A stretch of DNA of 64,000 nucleotides from an uncultured Flavobacteriales bacterium (GCA_959608625.1 CAUHQV010000001.1:39783-103782), one strand, 5' to 3'; positions 34,303 to 44,079 are shown, counted from the first letter of the stretch. Notes: a model not told the origin generated them from the letters alone. Translations and numbers: made by a program.

Positions 34303-37215
34303 ATGGCACAAACCGCTAAAGGGCTCTCCTCTGCGCAGGCCGAGGAAAGCCGCCGTAAACACGGCGCCAATATCGTCACTCCGGCTAAACGGGACTCCGT
34401 CTGGAAACTGCTGCTGGAAAAATTCAAGGATCCGATCATCGAGATCCTTTTGGTCGCCGCGCTGCTGTCGTTCCTGATAGCGGCTACTTCCGGGGAGTAC
34501 ATCGAAACGATAGGCATCATCGTAGCCATCCTTTTGGCTACGTGCGTGGGTTTTTTCTTCGAGTGGGATGCCGGAAAAAAATTCGACCTGCTCAACCAGG
34601 TAAATGACGATGTGCCGGTAAAGGTATACCGGGACGGGGCTGTGCACGAGATACCCCGCAAGGATGTCGTAGTGGGCGACGTGGTTATCCTGGCGCAGGG
34701 GGACGAGATACCGGCCGACGGGCGGCTGACGGAAGCGGTGTCGCTGCAGGTGAACGAATCCGCCCTGACCGGGGAGCCGGTGATAGATAAAACGACGGAT
34801 GAGGCCGGTTTCGAGGCCGATGCCACTTATCCTTCCAACATGGTCATGCGCGGCACCACGGTAGTGGACGGCCGGGGCGAGATGGTCGTTACGGCGGTAG
34901 GGGATGCGACGGATTTCGGGAACGTAGCCCGCGAATCGACGGCCAAAAGCGAAGAGAAAACCCCGCTCAACCGGCAATTGGAAGGACTGGCCAAGTTCAT
35001 CAGCGCGATGGGCTTCGCTTTTGCCATGCTGATATTCGTGCTGCTGTTCGTACGCGATACTTTACTGGGTATCCCCGACTTCGGCTCGCTTCAGTCCATC
35101 TCCCTGTGGGTGTTGGTTGGGGCCTTCCTGATCTTCGGGACTAAAGTATGGGTGAAGATCATCTACGACGTAGCGGCTATTTTCCGCAAGGGTGCCGAAC
35201 AGCCGCGTTGGATAAAACGGAGCAAATGGTGGGTGTGGGGCCTTTTGGCTGCGGGCGTGGTGGCCGTGTTCATCGGCGTGGAGTTCGCCCTGGGCATCGA
35301 CCCGGCCAACGAAGCCAACTGGGTGCCGATGGGCGTACTGGCCGAGATACTCGGTTACCTGATGGTGGCTGTCACGTTGATCGTGGTGGTAGTGCCGGAA
35401 GGGCTTCCGATGAGCGTGACCCTGTCGCTGGCGCTGAGCATGCGCCGGATGCTCAAATCCAACAACCTGGTACGCAAGATGCACGCCTGCGAGACGATGG
35501 GGGCTATCACGGTCATCTGTACGGACAAGACGGGTACGCTCACCCAGAACCGGATGCAGGTTTACCAAACCGATTTCTACGGGCTCAAGGACGGCGCCGT
35601 GCTGACCGGCGACGATCTATCCTATCTGGTAAAGGTGGGCATCGCGGCCAACTCGACTGCGTTCCTCGAAACGGCCGACAGCGACAAAATACATGCGATC
35701 GGCAATCCGACCGAAGGAGCTTTGTTATTGTGGCTCCGTGCCCAGGGGCAGGATTACCAGCAGATAAGGGATGAAGTGGAAATAGTGTCTCAGCTCACTT
35801 TCTCCACCGAGCGAAAATATATGGCCACGCTCGTGCGGGATGCGAGAGGGCGTTATCTTTTATTCGTCAAAGGGGCGCCGGAGATTGTGTTCTCCAAATC
35901 CCTGCTCGTAGCTACTGCGGACGGGTTGGAAAATGCCGTATCGCACGAACCGGGCCTGCGGGAGACTCTTACCGGATACCAGAACCAGGCGATGCGTACC
36001 CTCGGTTTCGCTTACCGGGAGGTGGCGGAAAAAGATATCCGGGCATCGCTGGAAAAACTGGCCGGGGAAGGCCTCGTATTCCTTGGGATCACCGCTATTT
36101 CCGACCCGGTGCGACCGGACGTAGGGGAGGCTATTTCCGAATGCCTCCATGCGGGTGTCGCCGTGAAGATCGTCACGGGCGATACGCCGGCTACGGCCCG
36201 GGAAATAGCCCGGCAGATCGGGCTTTGGGATCCGGCACAGGATACGGAACGCAATATCATCACCGGGCCCGAATTCGCCGCCCTTTCCGACCAGCAGGCT
36301 TACGATAGGGTAGAACATATAAAGATCATGGCGCGCGCCCGGCCGATGGACAAACAGAGGCTGGTGCAGCTGCTCCAGAAACGCGGGGAGGTGGTAGCCG
36401 TCACCGGCGACGGGACGAACGACGCCCCGGCGCTCAATTTCGCCCATGTGGGGCTGTCGATGGGGACGGGCACTTCGGTAGCCAAGGAAGCCAGCGATAT
36501 CACGATCCTCGACGATTCGTTCACTTCGATATCGACGGCAGTGATGTGGGGACGTTCGCTTTATAAAAACATCCAGCGTTTCATCGTATTCCAGCTTACG
36601 ATCAATCTGGTAGCCCTGGTCGTGGTCTTTTTGGGCTCGGCCCTGGGCGGGGAGGCCCCGCTGAGCGTGACGCAGATGCTTTGGGTCAACCTCATTATGG
36701 ATACGCTGGCGGCCGGTGCACTGGCTTCGCTGCCGCCCGACCGCAGCGTGATGAAAGAGCGCCCGAGGGATGCCTCCGCTTTCATCATCACCAAGGGAAT
36801 GAAACACGCGATATTCCTTACAGGAGGACTTTCCGCGGCGGCGCTTCTGGCGGTGCTCGGCTGGTTCTATTATACCGGCAGTGTCCTGACCCCGACGGAA
36901 CTTTCGATGTTCTTTACGCTGTTCGTGATGATGCAGGTGTGGAACCTTCTCAACGTAAGGGCGTTCTCCTCGGGCCATTCGGCCTTCTACCATCTGGGCC
37001 GCAGTTCGGCGTTCGTACTCATTGTACTGGCCATTATGATAGGGCAGGTGTTGATCGTCACTTTCGGGGGCGAAGCGTTCAGCGTGGTGCCGCTCACCGG
37101 ACAGCAGTGGATATGGGTGGTGGCCGGTTCTTCGGCCGTACTGTGGGTTGGGGAACTGATCCGCTTGTTCACCCGCGGAAACGTGACGCACAAGGCCGAA
37201 TATGTAAAACATTGA
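34303..37215 (+). CDS. P-type (type II, Ca2+-transporting, PMCA/SERCA-like) cation ATPase
   Basis: 970 aa. TGEP, ICTDKTGTLTQN (phospho-Asp), KGAPE, MARARPMDK, VTGDGTNDAPAL, PEGLP in M4. Confidence 0.9.
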   Translation: MAQTAKGLSSAQAEESRRKHGANIVTPAKRDSVWKLLLEKFKDPIIEILLVAALLSFLIAATSGEYIETIGIIVAILLATCVGFFFEWDAGKKFDLLNQVNDDVPVKVYRDGAVHEIPRKDVVVGDVVILAQGDEIPADGRLTEAVSLQVNESALTGEPVIDKTTDEAGFEADATYPSNMVMRGTTVVDGRGEMVVTAVGDATDFGNVARESTAKSEEKTPLNRQLEGLAKFISAMGFAFAMLIFVLLFVRDTLLGIPDFGSLQSISLWVLVGAFLIFGTKVWVKIIYDVAAIFRKGAEQPRWIKRSKWWVWGLLAAGVVAVFIGVEFALGIDPANEANWVPMGVLAEILGYLMVAVTLIVVVVPEGLPMSVTLSLALSMRRMLKSNNLVRKMHACETMGAITVICTDKTGTLTQNRMQVYQTDFYGLKDGAVLTGDDLSYLVKVGIAANSTAFLETADSDKIHAIGNPTEGALLLWLRAQGQDYQQIRDEVEIVSQLTFSTERKYMATLVRDARGRYLLFVKGAPEIVFSKSLLVATADGLENAVSHEPGLRETLTGYQNQAMRTLGFAYREVAEKDIRASLEKLAGEGLVFLGITAISDPVRPDVGEAISECLHAGVAVKIVTGDTPATAREIARQIGLWDPAQDTERNIITGPEFAALSDQQAYDRVEHIKIMARARPMDKQRLVQLLQKRGEVVAVTGDGTNDAPALNFAHVGLSMGTGTSVAKEASDITILDDSFTSISTAVMWGRSLYKNIQRFIVFQLTINLVALVVVFLGSALGGEAPLSVTQMLWVNLIMDTLAAGALASLPPDRSVMKERPRDASAFIITKGMKHAIFLTGGLSAAALLAVLGWFYYTGSVLTPTELSMFFTLFVMMQVWNLLNVRAFSSGHSAFYHLGRSSAFVLIVLAIMIGQVLIVTFGGEAFSVVPLTGQQWIWVVAGSSAVLWVGELIRLFTRGNVTHKAEYVKH

Positions 37216-37235
37216 ACGGATAAGACAATAGTCGG

Positions 37236-38009
37236 ATGAAATTGATATTTTTGGGAACGGGTACCTCGCAGGGGGTACCGATGATAGGGAGCAAAAGTCC
37301 GGTGTCGCGTTCGAAGGACCCACGGGACAACCGCCTGCGTACCTCGGCGGCCGTGGTGACCGATAGCGGGCATATCATTTTGCTGGACTGCGGGCCGGAT
37401 TTCCGGTACCAAATGCTCCGGGCCGGTTTGTCCGACCTGGACGGAATCCTGTTCACCCACGCCCATGCCGACCATACCGCCGGATTGGACGACGTACGGC
37501 CTATTTGTTATTTCCGCAGCCATGATATCGATATCTATGCCAAAGAGGATGTAATAGAGTCGCTCCACGCCCGGTTCGCCTATGTATTCGCCCAGGGGGC
37601 CGCCCGTTATCCCGGTGCGCCCGACGTGGCCGAACACGTCATTACCGACGAGCCTTTTTACGTGCGCGATGTAAAAGTAATCCCTATACCGGCCAGTCAC
37701 GGCTGGATCGGGGTAACCGGATACCGGATCGGCAATATGGCGTACCTGACAGATGTGAAGACCATGTACGAGAGTTCGTATAAGCTGCTCGAAGGCCTCG
37801 ATGTGCTGGTGCTGAACTGCCTGCGGCACAGCGACCCGCACCCCACGCATATGATACTGCCCGAATCGCTGGAAGTGGTGCAGCGTATCGCGCCGAAAAA
37901 GGCCTATTTCACGCATATCAGCGAGGCGATGGGCTTTGCCGCCGAGGCGGAGAAACTACTGCCCGAAGGGGTACATTTGGCTTACGATACGCTCGAGATC
38001 GAATTATAA
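37236..38009 (+). CDS. MBL-fold metallo-hydrolase (PhnP/GPMM-like)
   Basis: MKLIFLGTGTSQGVP and FTHAHADHTAG (HxHxDH). Confidence 0.85.
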   Translation: MKLIFLGTGTSQGVPMIGSKSPVSRSKDPRDNRLRTSAAVVTDSGHIILLDCGPDFRYQMLRAGLSDLDGILFTHAHADHTAGLDDVRPICYFRSHDIDIYAKEDVIESLHARFAYVFAQGAARYPGAPDVAEHVITDEPFYVRDVKVIPIPASHGWIGVTGYRIGNMAYLTDVKTMYESSYKLLEGLDVLVLNCLRHSDPHPTHMILPESLEVVQRIAPKKAYFTHISEAMGFAAEAEKLLPEGVHLAYDTLEIEL

Positions 38010-38030
38010 TCACCCAAAACCCATTTTATT

Positions 38031-38480
38031 TTGAGAGAAAGGATAAAACTGACCGAAGAACAAGCGCTGGCCCGCATGAATGCGATATGTCCGGGCACGC
38101 TGATGGAAGCGCTTGGCATCCGCTATACCGGTGCCGGAGAAAACACCATCACCTGCATGATGGAAGTTACCCCCCTTCATTCGCGCACGGAAGGCCTGCT
38201 GCACGGGGGCGCTACGCTCGCCCTGATAGAGACTGCCGGGAGTTCCGGCTCTTACCTTTTCATGGATCCCGAAACGGAGATTGTGATGGGGATAGACGTG
38301 TCGGTCTCCCATATAAGCCCCGGTAAACTGGGCGATATGCTCACGGCCACCGCTACGGCAGTTCATGTAGGCCGTACGACCCAGGTATGGCAGGTCGAGG
38401 TCCGCACACAGGACGGCCGCCTGGTCTCCGTCGGGAAAGTGACCAACGTAATACTACCCAAGAACCGGGAAAAACGATAG
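38031..38480 (+). CDS. PaaI/hotdog-fold thioesterase (candidate 1,4-dihydroxy-2-naphthoyl-CoA hydrolase)
   Basis: LHGGATLALIETAGS and VHVGRTTQVWQVEV. Adjacent to menF. The start is uncertain (TTG 38031 or ATG 38076). Confidence 0.8.
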   Translation: MRERIKLTEEQALARMNAICPGTLMEALGIRYTGAGENTITCMMEVTPLHSRTEGLLHGGATLALIETAGSSGSYLFMDPETEIVMGIDVSVSHISPGKLGDMLTATATAVHVGRTTQVWQVEVRTQDGRLVSVGKVTNVILPKNREKR

Positions 38481-38483
38481 GGT

Positions 38484-39578
38484 ATGGCAGAGAAGAAAGA
38501 CTTTACGGCGATCATGGAGGCCCTTTGTAAAGGGAATTTTCCTTTTGCCGTATACCGCGCCCCGGGAGAAAATGAAGTGAGGATCGTGATAGACCACGAT
38601 CCGGAATTAAATGTGGTCACGGACGCCGGGAAAGACCGGGGTTTTGTATTCGCACCGTTCGCTTCGGACAGCGTGCCGGCCGTATTGTTACGACCGGCCG
38701 CTCTTACGCGCATTCCGGTCTCGGATCTGCCTTATGCGCGCACGGATGAAGAGGCGGTATTCGATTACGGGGATGAAATATCCCTGAAGCAGCATTATAC
38801 GGCCTTGGTGGAAAAGGCGTTGGATGCCTTAAGTGAAGGGGTGCTGAAAAAGATAGTCACTTCCCGCTGTGTGAAAATACCGTATGCCTATATCAACGTG
38901 GCCGGGTTGTTCGCTGCCATGTGTGCGAAATACCCGGAATCGTTCGTGTATTACTTCTCGCACCCGCAGGTAGGGCAATGGGCGGGAGCGACGCCGGAGT
39001 TGCTTTTGCTGCGCCGGGGAAAAGAAATCCACACGATGTCGCTGGCCGGCACGATACCGTACCAGGGGGAGCAAATGTACCGCTGGGATACGAAAAACGT
39101 GGAGGAGCAGGCCATTGTGAGTGTATTTATTAAGGATGCGCTGGAGTGCAGCGGGGTCGCTACGGTGAGCGTATCGAAACCGGGCAACCAAGTGGCCGGC
39201 CCTGTGGTGCACTTGTGCAGCCATATAAATGGACAGGCACCCAAGGATATGGATATGAATGTTTTGCTCAAGAATTTAGCGCCCACTCCGGCTTTGTGCG
39301 GGTATCCCCGCAAAGAAGCGATGGAGTTTATCCGGCGCTACGAGGGCTATCCGCGGGAGTTTTACGGCGGGTATCTGGGCGAACTCAATATGGCGGGCGA
39401 GGACTCCGCCGAACTCTACGTGAATATCCGCTGCCTGCAGGTGGCTAAGGAGGATGCCATACTATATGCCGGAGGCGGGGTCGTCCCCGGCAGCGAGCCG
39501 GAAAGCGAATGGGAAGAAACTTCCCGCAAACTCTCGGCAGTCGGGTCGATGCTCGGCGGCTTTATCACAATACGTTAA
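38484..39578 (+). CDS. menF: Isochorismate synthase
   Basis: 364 aa. Chorismate-binding C-terminus LAPTPALCGYP, REFYGGYLG, ELYVNIRC, AILYAGGGVVPGSEPESEWEET. Confidence 0.85.
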   Translation: MAEKKDFTAIMEALCKGNFPFAVYRAPGENEVRIVIDHDPELNVVTDAGKDRGFVFAPFASDSVPAVLLRPAALTRIPVSDLPYARTDEEAVFDYGDEISLKQHYTALVEKALDALSEGVLKKIVTSRCVKIPYAYINVAGLFAAMCAKYPESFVYYFSHPQVGQWAGATPELLLLRRGKEIHTMSLAGTIPYQGEQMYRWDTKNVEEQAIVSVFIKDALECSGVATVSVSKPGNQVAGPVVHLCSHINGQAPKDMDMNVLLKNLAPTPALCGYPRKEAMEFIRRYEGYPREFYGGYLGELNMAGEDSAELYVNIRCLQVAKEDAILYAGGGVVPGSEPESEWEETSRKLSAVGSMLGGFITIR

Positions 39579-39598
39579 CGCTAAACAATAGGGGAACT

Positions 39599-39997
39599 AT
39601 GAATACGAAACCGTTCGACGAAGTGATGGGTCGCTTCCGAGCCTTGCAGATAGACGAACCGCTGGATATGATCGTCGCCATTGCAGACGGCGGTATCCTG
39701 CCTGCCGGCATCCTGTGCCGCAAATTGGGTCTGCCGGTATATCTGCTGAAGCTCAACCTGCGGGACGAGTGCCAGAACAAACTTTACGACCGGCCTAAGT
39801 TGCTCCATGAGATCGATTTCGATTTCCGGGGAAAAAGGATACTGCTGGTAGAAGATCGGATAAAGACGGGTACGACGATCAATTTTGCCAAGGAATTACT
39901 CTCTCAGGCAGCTGTGGTACGTACTTTTGCGGTGAACGGGACGGCCGATTACTGCCTGTACGACGAACCTTGCTTTCGTTTTCCGTGGATTTTATAG
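39599..39997 (+). CDS. Small phosphoribosyltransferase-family protein
   Basis: Trimmed to MNTKPFDEVM. PRPP-binding loop ILLVEDRIKTGTT. Confidence 0.75.
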   Translation: MNTKPFDEVMGRFRALQIDEPLDMIVAIADGGILPAGILCRKLGLPVYLLKLNLRDECQNKLYDRPKLLHEIDFDFRGKRILLVEDRIKTGTTINFAKELLSQAAVVRTFAVNGTADYCLYDEPCFRFPWIL

Positions 39998-40134
39998 GGA
40001 TCGCCTGAATCCCCGGGATGCGGTTGTTTTTCGGATGACCGGGGAATGCGGAAAATGTTTTTTTTAATTGTGTTAAAAACAGGATTCTGTAATTTTTTTT
40101 AACAATAATATTTCTTCTTATATGGAAATATGAA

Positions 40135-40142
40135 TATATTTG
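40135..40142 (+). promoter_or_regulatory. Candidate -7 element TATATTTG for the histone-H1-like gene
   Basis: Exact TAnnTTTG about 98 nt upstream of the ATG at 40240. This implies a roughly 90-nt leader. Confidence 0.35.
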
Positions 40143-40239
40143 CAAGTGAGAATGGTAATTAGCCTTACGGAAAGGCGTTTAGAATATCCAACGACAAACA
40201 CAATTAACACTTATATTTAACTAAAAATTCGTTTTCGAT

Positions 40240-40416
40240 ATGAAAAAGTTACTTGATCAGATCAAAGGGCAGATTGACGGTTTTGTCAAGGATGCCGAGG
40301 CTAACGTAGTAAAAGGCAACAAGGCTGCTGGTACCCGTGCCCGCAAGGCATCTCTGGAACTCACCAAATTGTTCAAGGAATTCCGCAAACAATCTATCGA
40401 CGCTGCCAAGAAATAA
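40240..40416 (+). CDS. Histone H1/Hc1-like small basic DNA-binding protein (58 aa)
   Basis: Missing from the ORF track (under 60 aa). Hand translation gives MKKLLDQIKGQIDGFVKDAEANVVKGNKAAGTRARKASLELTKLFKEFRKQSIDAAKK. The GNKAAGTRARK core matches the Bacteroidetes histone H1-like family as I recall. A terminator follows. Confidence 0.8.
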   Translation: MKKLLDQIKGQIDGFVKDAEANVVKGNKAAGTRARKASLELTKLFKEFRKQSIDAAKK

Positions 40417-40433
40417 CTTTTCTGAAGTTGCAT

Positions 40434-40471
40434 AAAAAACCGGGAAGATTTACGAATCTTCCCGGTTTTTT
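40434..40471. terminator. Bidirectional rho-independent terminator
   Basis: AAAAA, then AACCGGGAAGATT, TACG loop, AATCTTCCCGGTT, then TTTT. It sits between convergent genes. Confidence 0.85.
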
Positions 40472-40496
40472 ATTAGTTAGCGCCGATACCGGACTT

Positions 40497-41312
40497 TTAT
40501 CTTTTTGCCTTTGTGCGCAGGTCGAACAGGTCGTAGCTCAAAGTGAGGGTTCCGCGCATCTGCAGCATCTTGTAATCGAAATACTTGTTGTCGGATTTGA
40601 AAATGTCTTTCAGCCCGCAGGTCACTCGCAGACCGATGTTAAAGCGGGAGAGGAGGGTCTTTTCGTAACCCACCAGCAGACCTGCATCCCATTTGCCGAC
40701 CGAAGAAGAGAAGTCCATATGGATCGGGGCATCGGGAGTGACGGAATTCCGGTATTCGTCCGGTTCGTTGCCTACATATCCTTTGGTGGCCGTCACTTTG
40801 AATTTGCTGTTCAGGTAGTAGGCTCCGTATACTCCGAAGAGCAGTTTGTGGCTTCCTCCGGAAGTGAAAGCGTATTTGGCGTAAAGGGGCACTTCGATCA
40901 TATTGAATCCCATGCTCATCTCCGCCGTTCCCGAATAGTATTGTGTTTTAGGCACTCCCTGGTCTTTGCCGTCGAAGCGTTGGTTTTCCACCCGTGCGTC
41001 GGCATCGAGGGCGACCCGCTTGTAAGTCACTTCCGCGCCCAGGGCCCATTTTTCATCTTTCAGGGGGATGGTTATCTTCGCTCCGAGGGAAATGGATAGC
41101 TGCGGATAGGGATTGAACTTGTCGGGAATATGTTTGAAGGGGAACGGTACGGCCCCGCCGATATCCGTGCCGGTCTGTACGCCAAGCGCTATGCGGCGCT
41201 TGAGCACGATAGTGTCCTTTTTTTCAGGTTCCGAGCTTTTCTGCCCGTCTGCAGCCCATAGGGCGGGGCAGGCGAACAGGGCTATTAAGAAGAGGTATAT
41301 CTTGGTTTTCAT
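40497..41312 (-). CDS. Outer-membrane beta-barrel (porin-family/OMP_b-brl) protein
   Basis: 271 aa. Signal peptide MKTKIYLFLIALFACPALWA. Alternating strand pattern. Aromatic-rich C-terminus. Confidence 0.8.
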   Translation of the reverse strand: MKTKIYLFLIALFACPALWAADGQKSSEPEKKDTIVLKRRIALGVQTGTDIGGAVPFPFKHIPDKFNPYPQLSISLGAKITIPLKDEKWALGAEVTYKRVALDADARVENQRFDGKDQGVPKTQYYSGTAEMSMGFNMIEVPLYAKYAFTSGGSHKLLFGVYGAYYLNSKFKVTATKGYVGNEPDEYRNSVTPDAPIHMDFSSSVGKWDAGLLVGYEKTLLSRFNIGLRVTCGLKDIFKSDNKYFDYKMLQMRGTLTLSYDLFDLRTKAKR

Positions 41313-41338
41313 CTTATCTTGGTATTCAGTGCAGTGAA

Positions 41339-42460
41339 TCAGTAATTGAGTCTAACGTCGTCTATCAGCAAAGTGCTGCCGGGAGCCCCTTCGAAGTAAT
41401 CTCCGCGTACACTCGAGGTGAATACGATGGCGATGTAATTGGGATTGATAGCCGTATTCGTGTAGGTTACGTCGATGGTCACTTCGATCCACCCGTTGGT
41501 ATCGTCTATGGACAGCTGACCTGAGCCCAATACTGTAACGCCAGGAGTGGTTTCCTTGTGGTATTCCATTTCGCCGACACCGTTATAGTTGAGCAGTTGT
41601 ATCCAGGCCTCGCCCTTGTCTTTGCCCGGAAGGTTGACGAAAGCCCCATTTTCCACTTTTTGCAGCTGGTCGCCGGCTTTGTAGTTCATGCGGAACGTCA
41701 TGGATTTAGGCCGTTTGATGAAATGTGAGCCGAAGAACGTCATTTGCCGCGGATTTTCCAGGTTGACGTTGGTCGAGAATTTCCCGGTGAATGTCGTGCC
41801 GGCCGCAATGGTACGGTATACGAAATCGACTTTTTTGGTCACCATCTGTGCGCACAGGCCGTTGGAGCTCTCCAACGGATGGGTACCCTGCACGAAATAA
41901 TTGTTGGCTGTACACCAGTACCTGTTTCCTTCGATGGACGTAGGGTTGATGTTCACTTTGTTGGTCCCTACGTTGATCCACTGCTCGAAATCGCTGTTCG
42001 GGATCTGGTAGAGATCTTCCAGGTAACCGCCTCCGCCCGTAGCATTGTCGGTCAGGGATATGGTGTAGGTATTTACCAGTCCGCTTTCGGCGATAAGCAC
42101 GAATTTATACGATTCGCCGTAGCTGAATTCCAGCGGGCTCATAAAATCCCACTCTACGCTTTCATCCTTGGCCGGGATGAAAAATATCTTTTCTGCGTTC
42201 GAGTATTTCACGTCGACCAGCACGGATACCGGATAATCGCTGTTGGAGGCATCGGTGTTGATGACGATTTTGTTCCCGTCGGGGTTTTCGGGGGTGAGGA
42301 TCAGATCTACGCTTTCCACGGTCACATTGCCAGGGGCTACGCCGGTCACGGCGAAACTGTCGATGGTTGTTTCGTTACTCAGATCGTCGACCCTGTCGCA
42401 GGAAAGAACCGAGGCGCACAGAGCGGCACACAGTATGATAATCTTGTTGAACTTCGACAT
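41339..42460 (-). CDS. PCMD-domain lipoprotein (putative carbohydrate metabolism domain)
   Basis: Trimmed to MSKFNKIIILCAALCASVLSC. YQIPNSDFEQW, YWCTANN, TTFTGKF and FIKRPKSMTFRMNYKAG resemble the PCMD family. Confidence 0.75.
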   Translation of the reverse strand: MSKFNKIIILCAALCASVLSCDRVDDLSNETTIDSFAVTGVAPGNVTVESVDLILTPENPDGNKIVINTDASNSDYPVSVLVDVKYSNAEKIFFIPAKDESVEWDFMSPLEFSYGESYKFVLIAESGLVNTYTISLTDNATGGGGYLEDLYQIPNSDFEQWINVGTNKVNINPTSIEGNRYWCTANNYFVQGTHPLESSNGLCAQMVTKKVDFVYRTIAAGTTFTGKFSTNVNLENPRQMTFFGSHFIKRPKSMTFRMNYKAGDQLQKVENGAFVNLPGKDKGEAWIQLLNYNGVGEMEYHKETTPGVTVLGSGQLSIDDTNGWIEVTIDVTYTNTAINPNYIAIVFTSSVRGDYFEGAPGSTLLIDDVRLNY

Positions 42461-42487
42461 ATATTTTCTAGTGTTGGTAAAACGCCA

Positions 42488-42495
42488 CAAATGTA
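42488..42495 (-). promoter_or_regulatory. Candidate -7 element TACATTTG (minus strand) for the PCMD/beta-barrel pair
   Basis: Plus strand CAAATGTA. It overlaps the track start codon at 42490, which supports the 42460 start. Confidence 0.35.
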
Positions 42496-42585
42496 TAAAT
42501 TAACGGAATAGTCGGCGCGGTTTTTTTGTATTTTATGTGTTAAAGGGTAGACGAACGGCCTAATAAGGCTGTTTAAACGGGGTTA

Positions 42586-44079
42586 TTAATGAAATTTTGG
42601 CAATTTCAGCCCCTTCCCGCTTTCAGGGGGTGTTTTCCGGCACATATCGCTCATCGTCCGGATATCTTTCCGGCTTTCGGACATCAGAGTCAGTACGTCC
42701 CCTTTTTCGATGACGGTCGAGCCGTTCGGAGCGAAGTACTTGCGGCTCCGGTAGATCAGGATGATCATCACCGAATGGGGAATGTCCAGGTCGACGATCT
42801 TTTTTCCCATGATGAACGACCCGTCTTCCACGTTCACGTCCACCAGTTCGCTTTTGAAGCTTTCGGATGTCTCGTAGTCCAATGGATGTTGCCGGGCGTC
42901 GCTGGCAGGCAGGTTGAGCCCCAGCAGCCGCGCCATGAACGGGAGGGATGTGCCCTGGATAAGCACCGAGGAAATCGAGATGAAGAATACGATGTTGAAT
43001 ATCGTATTGGCATGCGGCACGCCGGCTACCAGGGCGTAGGAGGCGAAGACGATCGGTACGGCCCCGCGGAGCCCGCCCCAGGAGATGAATATTTTGTCCT
43101 TGACCGAGAACTTGGAAAAGGCCATCAGGATAAAGACTACCAGCGGGCGCGCCACCAGGATCATGAAGAACGAGATGACCAGGCCGATGCCTATTACCGG
43201 GACGATCTTCGAGGGATACACCAGCAGTCCCAGCATGAGGAACATCACCACCTGCATCAACCAGGCCAGCCCGTCGTTGAACTGCGTCAGGCTGCGTTTG
43301 TGCACGAAATTCCCGTTGCCCAGGATGACGGCCGAGATATAGACGGCCAGAAAGCCGTTGCCCCCGATCAGGTCGGTGGCCGAAAAAGTGAGCAATGTCG
43401 TAGCCATGACCAATACGGGATAAAGTCCTTCCGTATCCAGTTTGATCCGGTTGATCAGCCAGAGGGCGGCCTTTCCGAAGGCCCAGCCGGCTACGGTACC
43501 CAATGTAATGGATTTTACCAACAGGAAGGCCATGCTTCCGAACGAGGTGGAGGGCTCCTGGATCAGGTAGATGAACGTCGTGGTCATGATGTAGGCCATC
43601 GGATCGTTGGATCCGCTCTCCAACTCCAACAGGGGGCGCAGGTTGTGCTTGAGCCCCATTTTCCGGCTTCGGAACACCCCGAATACCGCCGCCGCGTCCG
43701 TGGACGATACGATGGAACCTATCAGCAGGGACACCAGTAGCGAAAAATCCGTCACCAGGTAGACGAACCCTCCGACTACGAATACCGTCAGTAATACCCC
43801 CAGGGTGGATAAAATAACTCCTTCCCACAGGATGGGACGGATGGTGGAGAATTTGGTCTCCAACCCTCCGGAAAACATGATGAATATCAGGGCGATATTT
43901 CCGATGAACTGAGCGAAACGGTAATCGTCGAACTCGATGCCCCCGATGCCCTCGGATCCGGCCAGCATACCGGTTATCAGGAAAAGGATCAGGGACGGCA
44001 TGCCGAATTTGTAAGAGGTCTTGCTCAAGATAATGCTGGTGAGCAGTAAAAGTGCGGCAAGGAAAATAAAATGCGTCAT
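42586..44079 (-). CDS. K+/H+ (CPA1, NhaP2/CvrA-like) antiporter with C-terminal RCK_C/TrkA_C domain
   Basis: 497 aa. About 12 TM. LESGSNDPMA motif. C-terminal soluble domain VMIILIYRSRKYFAPNGSTVIEKGDVLTLM. Confidence 0.9.
   Translation of the reverse strand: MTHFIFLAALLLLTSIILSKTSYKFGMPSLILFLITGMLAGSEGIGGIEFDDYRFAQFIGNIALIFIMFSGGLETKFSTIRPILWEGVILSTLGVLLTVFVVGGFVYLVTDFSLLVSLLIGSIVSSTDAAAVFGVFRSRKMGLKHNLRPLLELESGSNDPMAYIMTTTFIYLIQEPSTSFGSMAFLLVKSITLGTVAGWAFGKAALWLINRIKLDTEGLYPVLVMATTLLTFSATDLIGGNGFLAVYISAVILGNGNFVHKRSLTQFNDGLAWLMQVVMFLMLGLLVYPSKIVPVIGIGLVISFFMILVARPLVVFILMAFSKFSVKDKIFISWGGLRGAVPIVFASYALVAGVPHANTIFNIVFFISISSVLIQGTSLPFMARLLGLNLPASDARQHPLDYETSESFKSELVDVNVEDGSFIMGKKIVDLDIPHSVMIILIYRSRKYFAPNGSTVIEKGDVLTLMSESRKDIRTMSDMCRKTPPESGKGLKLPKFH

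Noticed and set aside
39998-40075. Terminator after the small PRTase gene (TCCCCGG...CCGGGGA followed by a T8 run).
   Set aside because: The 7-bp stem has a 23-nt loop and the T-run starts about 12 nt after the stem. It is not a convincing intrinsic terminator, so it is not listed as a feature.
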